Assembly: GCA_033442325.1 (NCBI GenBank)
Contig: JAWQFM010000020.1
Span: 1-10,500 of the forward strand
Source of the DNA: Salpingoeca rosetta
Taxonomy: Eukaryota > Protista > Choanoflagellata
Direction of reading: 5' to 3'
DNA: 10,500 bases
The notes beneath the pieces were generated by a model. That model was given only the letters and a program-made list of their open reading frames with translations. It did not search any database and was not told the DNA's origin. The translations under genes and the position numbers were made by a program. Shown in pieces: positions 1 to 9,753 of this stretch. The first letter of the stretch is position 1. Every line of letters starts with the position of its first letter.

Positions 1-168
1 AAATCAAATTACTTAAATAGATCTAATTGACGCGAATTTACGAGTACTACACCTACTTCATAATTTACTAAAAAAATATAACAATCCATCTCCAATGAGG
101 AAGAGACAGCATCATCATCATCTTAATACGAAGCAGAAGAATATAGAAGCAACATTACACCCCCTGTA
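1..168. mobile_element. AT-rich segment, candidate terminus of a TA-targeting DNA transposon
   Basis: About 67% A+T by hand count (112/166), clearly higher than the rest of the window. It ends in ...CATTACACCCCCTG followed by TA. The reverse complement TA|CAGGGGGTGT resembles Tc1/mariner ends. No second TIR or transposase is visible. Confidence 0.25.
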
Positions 169-486
169 CGTGAACGTGTGGAGAAAGAGGTGAGTTGGCA
201 CAGAATCAAACTGTCAACGACAACAAAACCCATTGCCACCACCAACAGACCCAACGACATCCAACCTACACCTCACAATCACACACCCCCGCACATGCTG
301 ATGTTCACACCCAACACATCACACACCACCCACGTCACCACCACCACCATTCATCTCACCTCCACATCCATGGTCGCAGTCGCTGCTGTTGGTGACCAAT
401 GACGACGAGGAGGAGCAGGAGATGGACGAGAGACAGAGGGCCAGTTCATCCACAATGCAGCCACACATCAGCAGCTGTTGTTGGTG

Positions 487-1326
487 TTACTGGTGGAAAC
501 GGTGAAAACAAACGGCCCCTTGCCATGCCGTGTCCTTTGCTCGCTCGCTCGGCTGCTTGCTTGGTCGGTTGGATGGAGACAGGATGCATGGCCCTGATCG
601 AAAACAGCGGGAGAAGAAGAAAAGACACATGAGTGGACAGAACAGACAAGGAAAGAGGGAGGTAAAGGAGGAAACACAACATGTCAACCGCACACACACA
701 CACACACATCTCAGTCGCCCTCTCACCTTCATCACTCGTCATCGTCATCGTCATCGTCGTTGGTTCCACCGCTTCACGCGCCTCCTCAACGCTGTGAAAT
801 GCGTGTGCATAGCCGCACAAAAAAAGAATGCAGGTGATGAGGTTGACAGCGAAGCATCATCAACCACACGCCAGCCCCATCAAACCACCCGCATTGACAC
901 AACCTCACGCACACATGTTGTCCCCACTCACCACCACCACCACCACCACGCATACACACGCACATTGCTCACCTGTTCGTCAGAGCGACTGACATGTGCA
1001 ATGTCTGCCTCACGCCAGATTGGAGCTGGTGTCGGCCGCCGTGTGATGGCGGCTGTGCGGTCGACGGCGATGATGGCGATGGTGGTGACGGCCAAGCTGA
1101 GGTGGAAGAGAAAGAAAGTAGAGAGAAATGGGGAAGGGTTGATGCTGATGGGTCGTTCATGACGGCTTCCTTCCCCTCCTCTGATGTGGCCCTGGTGCCC
1201 ATGCAACCAACACACAACGACAAGACACAACGACATCATCACACACAGCACACAGGCATGGCATGTGAGCACAGCAGGCGTGTTCACCTTCCTGCGCCTC
1301 CTCTGCTTTCCTCCTCCTCGCCCCAC

Positions 1327-1373
<47 letters not shown>

Positions 1374-2561
1374 GCGCATGACTGCGTCGCTGTGGTTGGA
1401 TGTGCCCACCACGACCATGGACGTGTGTGCCCACAGCTGCTGCTCCCAACCCATCATGTGTATGCACCGCCCATCATCCTCCAACGATCCTCAGGCAGTC
1501 GCTCCCCTGCATCCACAAGCACACATGGCATGTGAGCTGCACAGCTACACTGGTGCACGAGGCACAGCAGCAGCAACACCAAACACCCACAGCAGCAACA
1601 GCAGCAACACATGCACCATACGCCAACCAAAGCATGCATGATGGGCTCACCTCGCTCACATATGGGAACACTGCATGAACACAGCAGTGGCAGCCGAATC
1701 GGGGGAGTTGCAGCAGCAGCAGCCGGCATGCGAGTCCGCTTCCATCAACATCCTGATGTGTGTTGGCACCTCACCACCTGTGCATGTGCTTATGTGCGTG
1801 GTTGCAGGGAATGTGGATGGGAACAGAACACAACAGGCACAGAGCAAGCCATCATGTCAGCACAGCAGAAAGAGTGATTGACGTCACACGCACCACGTGC
1901 GTGCGGGCGTGTGTGTGTGTGTGTATGTCAGTGTATGTGATCATCATCCCCGTCAACTCCTCTTCCCCTTGTTCGCTTCACCCCATCACCACACCCCCGT
2001 CCCCACACTCCATCACACAACCAACCAACCAACCACTCATCACCACCCACATACCATGTGTGATGCGAGTGCAGCTGGCACGCGTGACAAGTATCCTTTG
2101 ACATTTCCCTCATCCTGATGCTTGTGCGTGCGCATCACCTGTAAGTGTGTGGTTGTGTGCGAGCACCAGCATGGTGAGTGAGTGGGAGGGAAGAGGGAGC
2201 ATGGATATGTGCACAGCTACACTGCTGCTGCCACTGCTGGTGTTGTGCATGCATGTGTGTGAAGGAGGAGAAAGGGAAGAGAGAGAAAACAGAAAACAGA
2301 AGGGAACGAACAAGACATGCTGCACCCCATCCATCCCTCTTCCTCACACCATCACCACTACCATCCTCTGTCATCAGCCAGCCAGCCACACCACACCACA
2401 CCACACGACACTCACCCAGCATCCCTCACCCCACCCCATCCATCCATCCATCCATCCATCCAACACACATCTCTTCTCCGTTTTCCCTCTTCTTCTCGCC
2501 CTCACCTCTGCTGCTGCTTCCAGCCGAAAACGCAACTTGTGCTGTCGCCACCTGTTCCCAG
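487..2561 (-). pseudogene. Possible spliced gene remnant or non-coding spliced transcript, product unknown
   Basis: Blocks bounded by YAG and GT donors on the minus strand: 2561-2506, 2138-2055 and 1752-1651 are phase-compatible (GNRWRQHKLRFRLEAAAE|VMRTHKHQDEGNVKGYLSRVPAALASHM|DVDGSG...). Blocks 1096-973, 791-727 and 593-487 are also phase-compatible and end in TAA. I could not join the two groups in frame and recognise no family with confidence. Confidence 0.3.
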
Positions 2562-3592
2562 CTGCAGGCAGCCAGCTTCCGCCAGGCGATCGGTTGGTTG
2601 CCTGGTTGGTTGGTCGGAGGGATGTGTTCAGCAGCAAGTGGTGATGGTGGTGGTGGTGGTGCTGCTGCTGCTGCATTGGCGGTGGAGGGTGTGTTGGCTG
2701 TTGTTGGTGTTGTGATGGCTGCCAGGGAGGGCGAGAAAGAGCGGGAAAGACGAGCAGTGACTGCAAGGTGGAGAATGCGCAGGGGTGCAAGCAGTTGTGT
2801 GTGAGAACGACGAGTGAGACACTACATGAAGCAAGGCAAAACAGGCAGCCGCACGACACACATGCATGCACATTGATGTGGGACAACAAGGGAAGACAGG
2901 AGCAGCAGAGACAGCGACCACAAAACACGCACACTCACGCTGTGCTCATCACACTCACACACATTCACATGCAGTGATGCACTCACGTTGTTCATCGCTT
3001 GCTTGTTTGTGGTGTGGTGTGAGTTGGTGCTGCTGTTTCCGCAATCGCACAAGCGTGGCTGGATGGTCATTACATGGCAGCGCCCGTCTGTTCATCCCAC
3101 CAGAGCAGTGGTGGTTGATGGAGGGGGAGGGGGTGACAGCTGCTGGCTCAAGGCCCTCTGTGTGGCGACAGCAGAAAGAAGGAAGGGGAAACGAGCACGT
3201 GTGGAGGGTGGTGGTGATGGTGTTGAGGAGGGAGAGGGAAGGAGGTGAGCAAAGACACAAGAAGATGAGGCGGTGATGATGGCGTGTGTGGTGGGTGGAG
3301 AAGAGAACACGCACGTCAACACACACACACACACACACACACACCTGTCTGGGTGATGCAGTGGCTCGATCACCATTCATCCGGCAGCACGCAGTCATTG
3401 TTGGTTGGTGAGGGTTGCCCACTGCCTCACGCATCAGCCAGCACCTGCTGCTGCTGCTGTTGATGATGATGTAATCCATCCATCTGCACGCACCATCACA
3501 AACAAGCAAGCAACAGCAGCAACAGCATTGAGCAGCGTGTCACAGACAGAGAAATGAGGAAGAGAAAGAAGGATGAGAAGAAACACAACCCG

Positions 3593-3627
<35 letters not shown>

Positions 3628-4634
3628 ATTGGCTGTGATGTTGGTTGATGCCATTTCCCCCCTCTCTCCCATGTGTGTGCTGCTCACTGGATGAGAGGTT
3701 GCATGATCCATTCTCAGGGTGGCCGCTGCATGACGGTGGCTGATGGCAGCTGTTCTGTCACCACACAACGGTGAGCAAGTGCGTGTGTGAGTGTGAGTGT
3801 GTGCATTTGTGAGTGCCACACGCTGCGGTGTGTGTTGGTTGTGATCCACACAACCATGTACGGATGCGTGGATGGATGGTGGTCCACATGTGTGTGTGCA
3901 CGGTGACAGCGTGCGCTGTGTTGTTGTTGTTGTTGATGATGATGATGGTGGTTGTTGCTGTGTGCAGTGTGCAAGGGGAAGAGGGGGAAGAGGAGGAGCA
4001 CGGAGTGGGAGGAAGAAGTGGGAGCACTCAATCTCACCCTCACCTGTCGATGGATGGGTCATTCATGTGGTCGTTGGTTGGTTGGTTGGTTGGTTGGTTG
4101 TGCGTGGTTGGTTGTGCGTGGTGCATCACAGGAGAAGGAAATGGACAACGATGGATGGATGGAAGGGAGAAGGGAGAAGGGGGGAGAGACGGTGCGCACA
4201 CCCTCCCTGCACATGTGTGTGTGTGTGCGTGTGAATGCGTCAGCGAGGACGACGAAGGGAAGGAAGGAAGGAAGGAAGGAAGGAACGTGGCACGCACAAC
4301 CACCAATGTGTGCGTGTGTGTGTGTGGGCACGAACCAAAGACACATCCCCACCTCACCTCACCTCACCTCACCTCACTTCATCTCAACTCATCTCACCTG
4401 CCTGTCAGCAGCGACGACGACGACGATCACCATCACCATTCCCACCACCATCACACACACACACACCAGCTGCTGCGCAGAAGAAGAAGAATGAAGCAAC
4501 GGCGAGTGGATTGGTTGGTTGGTTGGTTGGAAAGCAGAATCGGTTGATTGCTCGTTTCTGCTTGCTGCTGCTGGTTTTTTTGGTGTGTGTGCGACTTCCT
4601 CCTCTTCTTGCTTGCTGCTTGCTGGCTCTGCCTT

Positions 4635-4642
4635 CATAAATT
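4635..4642 (+). promoter_or_regulatory. TATA-like element upstream of the 5S gene
   Basis: CATAAATT at about -28 to -21 from the 5S start. This spacing is typical of upstream elements of eukaryotic 5S genes. Confidence 0.5.
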
Positions 4643-4662
4643 GCTTGTCAGGCTTTTCTGAC

Positions 4663-4780
4663 GGCAACGTTCATACCAACGGGATCACGCCCGCTCTCGT
4701 CCGATCGCGGAAGCTAAGCCCGTTTGGGCCCGTTCAGTACTGCCGTGGGTGACCAGGCGGGAATCACGGGTGATGTCGCT
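4663..4780 (+). rRNA. 5S rRNA: 5S ribosomal RNA gene (single copy in window)
   Basis: 118 nt GGCAACGTTCATACC...GGGTGATGTCGCT with eukaryotic 5S motifs CATAC, CTCGTCCGATC, GAAGCTAAGC, AGTACT, TGGGTGACC and GGGAA. Helices pair by eye: I (4663-4671/4772-4780, one A.C mismatch), II CCAACGGG/CCCGTTTGG, III GCCCGC/GCGG(AA)GC, IV CTGCC(G)TGG/CCAGGCGG, V CCCGT/ACGGG. Confidence 0.96.
4712..4753 (+). promoter_or_regulatory. Pol III type-1 internal control region of the 5S gene (box A to box C)
   Basis: Box A AGCTAAGC begins at +50 (4712), the canonical position. A box C-like GCCGTGGGTGACC lies at 4742-4754. Confidence 0.75.
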
Positions 4781-4788
4781 CTCTTCCC

Positions 4789-4801
4789 TTTTTTTTTTTT
4801 T
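4789..4801 (+). terminator. RNA polymerase III oligo-T terminator of the 5S gene
   Basis: Run of 13 T, separated from the predicted mature 3' end by 8 nt (CTCTTCCC). Confidence 0.85.
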
Positions 4802-5130
4802 GGCGTGCTGTGTTGCTGTGGTGGTGTCTCTTCTTCACTTCCCTCTTCCCTCTTGGTTTGGCTTGATTCGGTTTACTTCTTCTTCTTCTTCTTTGCTTGC
4901 TGACTTGCTTGCTTCGAGGAGGTGGTGGGTGTGTTGGCTCGTGTTTCTCTCTTTTTGCTTGTCTTCAGCGTTGCTTTGCTTCACACACACACTCACTGCC
5001 TGGCTGACATCGTGTCATCTCGACGCGTTTACTTCCATGTACTGACGCAGAGGAACCACACACAGGTGGGCTGAACTATCGAACTAGTGACAAAGCTGAT
5101 CTTGGTTACGCTGTTAGACATCTTCGTCCT

Positions 5131-5186
5131 CTCCTCATCCTCCTCCTCATCCTCCTCCTCATCCTCCTCCTCATCATCATCGTCAT
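5131..5186. repeat. TCC/TCA triplet array (12-bp unit TCATCCTCCTCC x3)
   Basis: Directly visible. It reads DDDDEEEDEEEDEEEDEE on the minus strand. Confidence 0.85.
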
Positions 5187-5435
5187 TGCGCGCAAACACA
5201 TCACATGGGTGCATTATCCTTGGCCGCCTTTCGTCGGTGGGCGGGGGTGTTGCACCATGCAGACTCCTGCATCACATCGTGTGGCGTCTGTCTCATTGGG
5301 CGTGTTGTACGCCAGCCCTTGCACTTGCATCTTCCCCCTGCGAACATTTGCGTGTGTGTGTGCGCATGAAGGTGTTGGTGATGGCAGCGAGGTGTTGTGA
5401 GGTGACCGCGCTGATTCGCACCCATGCACACGATC

Positions 5436-5565
<130 letters not shown>

Positions 5566-5891
5566 GCCACGCGTTGTCGCCGCTGAACAGGTTGATCCTG
5601 GCAGACTCCAGCAGCGCTGACAGTAGCAAACAGCACAGTCATGACACACGAGTTGGCAGATGGTGAGAGTGGTTGAATGGACACGAGAACAAGCAAGCAA
5701 CGCACACACCACATCATACTCACCACACTCACCCGACAGCCCCCTGTCCCAAGGACTCACTCCCTCACCTGTGTGCACTTGGGTGGAGAGGGACTTGAAG
5801 AACTCCTCAAACACAAACACAACGCGTCTCTGCATCATCTCCACGACCTCATCAGAGATCGAACGCAGGATCCTCGGAAGCTGAACGCAGT

Positions 5892-5900
5892 TGTGTGTGT

Positions 5901-5991
<91 letters not shown>
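5892..5991. repeat. Imperfect (TG)n intronic microsatellite
   Basis: Directly visible. It lies just inside the acceptor end of the intron preceding exon 5880-5769. Confidence 0.95.
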
Positions 5992-5993
<2 letters not shown>

Positions 5994-6235
5994 CGACGTG
6001 ATATGCATGCAAGCCATCACCAACCACAACCCTCATCAAAACGCATCACCCCTCACGCATCGCTTCACATGCCCATGTCACCGATCTGTCACCACACCTC
6101 GAGGAGCCTGTGCTCGGGGAATGCGGATGCTGAACGTCCCCCAGTCCAGCAGGTCCTGGTAGGGCTGCAAGCATGCGAAAAGCAAACACCAGAACATCAC
6201 ACCACAGCGCCATGAGCGACGGGAGGGGTACATCT

Positions 6236-6236
<1 letters not shown>

Positions 6237-6323
<87 letters not shown>
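6237..6323. repeat. Interrupted (CA)n intronic microsatellite
   Basis: Directly visible, between exons 6398-6348 and 6164-6098. Confidence 0.95.
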
Positions 6324-6324
<1 letters not shown>

Positions 6325-7880
6325 AAGTGGCATCCATCCATACGCACCAGCACGTAGTGATCGACGACAATAACGGGGATGGCACCCGCAGCCATGATCT
6401 ACGAGGCATGAAAGGGGGTGACAGGAGATGGAAGGCGGATGATGAGCACGAACAGGCCCGAAATCGTCTGCAACACACACACACACACACACACACACCT
6501 GAAGGAGTGGTAGCCAAATCCTTCGACGATGAGCCCAAACTTGGTCTCCAGCACCAGATCCGTGTACGTGTACTTGTTGAACTCTTCCTCTGCCTGCTTA
6601 CATGACGGGTCATGTCCAACCTTCGCCCTCACGGCCCATTCTCTCTTCGCAAAACCACCGGCACGCGCACACCAACACAATGTCCCTGCGCATACTCGAG
6701 CAAACATACAAAGGGACGATGTGTGCGTGTGTGCGTGTGTGTGTGTGAGGTGGATTCAGACAGATACACACACAGCATCAAAACCAGCTGACCCCGAGGC
6801 AACGCACGAGACACACGGAACACACAAGAACACAAAACACATCGCACGCGTAGCACACCACACCTGCCATTGTGCAGCTTGGGGAGGTGGTTGCGCATGG
6901 CATCAGAGCGAGCAGACTTGGTGGTGCCCCTGCACAACAGGGAAAGAAGACACACGTCAAGCAGCGGCACCCCGACAGGTTTGGAGTGAGATTGCAGCGG
7001 CTACAAGAAGCGCGAGTGGTGGTGCAGTGAGCGACACCAACCCCTCAAAACCCAAGCAGCAGCAGTGAACATCGAACCTCACATCGCACCACGTCACGAC
7101 ACGCACGCATGCACAGACCTGAAGGTGACGAGGTATTTCCTGTTTGTGTGGGCGGAACGCGTCACTGCTCCGGTGTGAATGAATGTCACCATGGAGAAGA
7201 GTGGCATGGACACATCGAGGCCGTCACGGTGGTGGAATCCACTGAAGTGGTGTGATGAGATGGAACAGACAGGATTGGGGGAAGCGTGTAAGCATCAGCA
7301 GTCGCACATGGTGCGTGCCAACCCCATATACATCCCTCTTCCACCACATACATGCACACACACACACACACATACACACACACCTACCTGTGTCAGCATC
7401 GTGGATTGACGAGGAGGAATGTGATGGACGAGCCAGGGCATGCGACACAGCAAGCCGTTGCCACCCAACACCCACCACCGTACCACATCTGGAACGGACA
7501 GCGTGGTTGTGTCCACCGCATTTGCGGCTGAATCGACAATGAGGATGGATGGCGAGTTGCATGGAATGCCGTGGCAGGAAAAGGCCATTGTCCACAGCCA
7601 CGCCGCTGATCCACTTGCATCCGCCGTGTCGCAGCCCACCAAGCATGGTGGTGTTTGCTGTGCTCGTGCTGCGATCAGTGGTCAGACCCGTAGAGGAGGG
7701 TGTTGTGAGACAGCCAGCACGCCGTCTGCAGTGCCCACATGGCTCAACCGGTTTGCAGACTGTTGATGGTGGTCGTGTCAACCACTGCTGTTGTTGCTGC
7801 TGCTGTCACTGCTGTCACTGCTGTTGTTGATGGGCTGATGATGAGCACAGAGGTGGTGGGAGTTGCGTCAAAGGGAGGGA

Positions 7881-8053
7881 NNNNNNNNNNNNNNNNNNNN
7901 NNNNNNNNNNNNNNNNNNNNNNNNNNNNNNNNNNNNNNNNNNNNNNNNNNNNNNNNNNNNNNNNNNNNNNNNNNNNNNNNNNNNNNNNNNNNNNNNNNNN
8001 NNNNNNNNNNNNNNNNNNNNNNNNNNNNNNNNNNNNNNNNNNNNNNNNNNNNN
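7881..8053. other. Assembly gap (173 N)
   Basis: Run of N between the two divergently oriented pseudogenes. Confidence 1.
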
Positions 8054-8464
8054 NTGTTCACTGCCTGCCTGCTGGCTGGCTTGCCATGCACTTGTCGTGC
8101 TTTTGTCCCGGTTGTAAGCAGCACAGCAGTTGTTACCCCATTCCCTGTCGTTCCTCCACGCAGAGCACTGCTCCTGTCAAGCCGTTCGCCTCTGCGTGTG
8201 CGTGCATGTGCGTGTCTGTGCGTGCTTGTGCGTGTCTGTGTGTGCGCCTTCCATCACAGCAGTGAACCCTTTCAACAACAAAGCAGAAAGTGCTGACTCG
8301 GCACAATTCTGTTTGTGTTTGTGTTTTGTGGAAGAAGACAAAAAGGAAGATGCGTGCAACGGCAGTGACAGCGCTGCTGTTGGGGTTGGTGGCTGTGTGC
8401 TGTGTGTGCTGTTCAGCCACTGTGGCGAGCGTCGTCCAAGCTCAAGTTCAGTGCACCAAGATCA

Positions 8465-8499
<35 letters not shown>

Positions 8500-8609
8500 G
8501 AGTTGTGTCTCCATCCCCTCGTCCCATCGCTGCACTCGCGTACCAACACCTCTTCCCCCCCCCTCCACATACACACACGCACACTTGCACACACCGCGCT
8601 GACAATCAG

Positions 8610-8779
8610 ACGTTTGCGTTTGTTGGCAACATGGCGCAGACGTCCATGACGCGTGAGGCGTGTGCCACGCTCTGCCACACCTTCAACTGTTCTTTCCCTC
8701 AGCGCCGTTGAGTACGGCTACCAATTGCTCCTTCTGCTGCAAACACCCAAGCTGAATTTCACCGCGCAGTCGCAGCGGT

Positions 8780-8840
<61 letters not shown>

Positions 8841-8879
8841 TGTGTGTCTGTGTCTGTGTGTGTGTGTCTGTGTGTGTGT

Positions 8880-8912
<33 letters not shown>

Positions 8913-9092
8913 GTGCACACATTAATGTACGCGACCAGCATTCACCCTCCCCCACCCAGCACACACACACTTTTGTGCAGCCTTCCTCCGACTGCAACGA
9001 ACCATGCACGGGCGCTGCGACCGAGATGTGTGGAGCAGCCAATCGCATGAATATCATCCGGGCAAACTGTTACGGCACACCCGTTCCGACAG
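8610..9092 (+). other. WSC carbohydrate-binding domain coding region (within the GH3 pseudogene)
   Basis: MTREACATLC, AVEYGYQ-C-x-C (recovered across indels) and [23 protein letters not shown] fit the WSC cysteine pattern (MTxExCxxxC / GxEYGxECxC / CxxxCxGxxxExCGG). The usual N-terminal GCY/F-x-D segment is not visible. Confidence 0.85.
8782..8912. repeat. Compound (GT)n/(GTCT) intronic microsatellite
   Basis: Directly visible, 4 nt after the donor at 8778. Confidence 0.95.
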
Positions 9093-9700
9093 GTGATCCC
9101 AACACACACACCACAGCAATCACACACACACACAACACACAACACAACCACACACACACACACACACACACACACAACACACACCCTCTCTCTCAGCTCA
9201 TACGTGTCTGCTGTTGTATTTTGCCTCGTCAGGCCATGCGTGCCTGTCTGCAGCGACGAAGGAGTTGCCGTTCTGCAACACGAGTCTGTCCATCGGTGCC
9301 CGCCTCGACGACCTCATTGGACGCCTCAGTCTTCAGGAGATGGCCGGTCTCATTGGCCCCGATCCCGTCACCAGCCCATGCGCCTTCCTTGACTACGGCG
9401 TCAAGAGGTGGGAAAGGACATGCAGCGCCCACGCAGTGACTCGTAACTCTGTCTGCTTGTGTTTCTCTCCCGCTTCTTCGTGCCACAGCGGCATCAACCA
9501 CCACCACCATTGCTCACACGGCCACACCACCTTCCTCTTCATGCTTGCATGTGTGTGTGTGCATGGGTGCAGGCTTGACATCCCGCCGTATCTGCATCTG
9601 GTGGAGACGAACACGGCCGTTGCCTCTGCGTGCATCACTAGCCAGGACAAGTGTGCCACCACCTTCATTGGATCCAACGGTCTCGGCGCAGCCGTCAACC

Positions 9701-9753
<53 letters not shown>

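Noticed and set aside
17-193. Stop-free frame of ~58 codons across the AT-rich edge
   Set aside because: Short, no recognisable motif, and compatible with chance.
973-1096. LAVTTIAIIAVDR resembling GPCR TM3 (DRY motif)
   Set aside because: Single short match with no other helices, and this frame meets a TGA immediately when spliced to the next exon.
2058-2120. Possible C/D box snoRNA (GTGATGC...CTGA)
   Set aside because: The C box is not RTGATGA, no convincing terminal stem is present, and the stretch is better explained as a minus-strand exon.
2600-4560. Many 60-240 aa ORFs and simple repeats (GGTT, GGAA, CACCT, ATCC, GTT)
   Set aside because: Low-complexity intergenic or intronic sequence with no domain signal. 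There is no repeat-spacer structure, so no CRISPR-like array.
4663-4801. 5S-derived SINE or retroposed 5S copy
   Set aside because: Full-length 5S followed by a T-run terminator, with an upstream TATA-like element, no poly-A tail, no SINE body and no visible target-site duplication.
7490-7525. CGGHNHAV as the EXT 'GxNH' motif
   Set aside because: No flanking Trp or hydrophobic context and no splice path to exon 7241.
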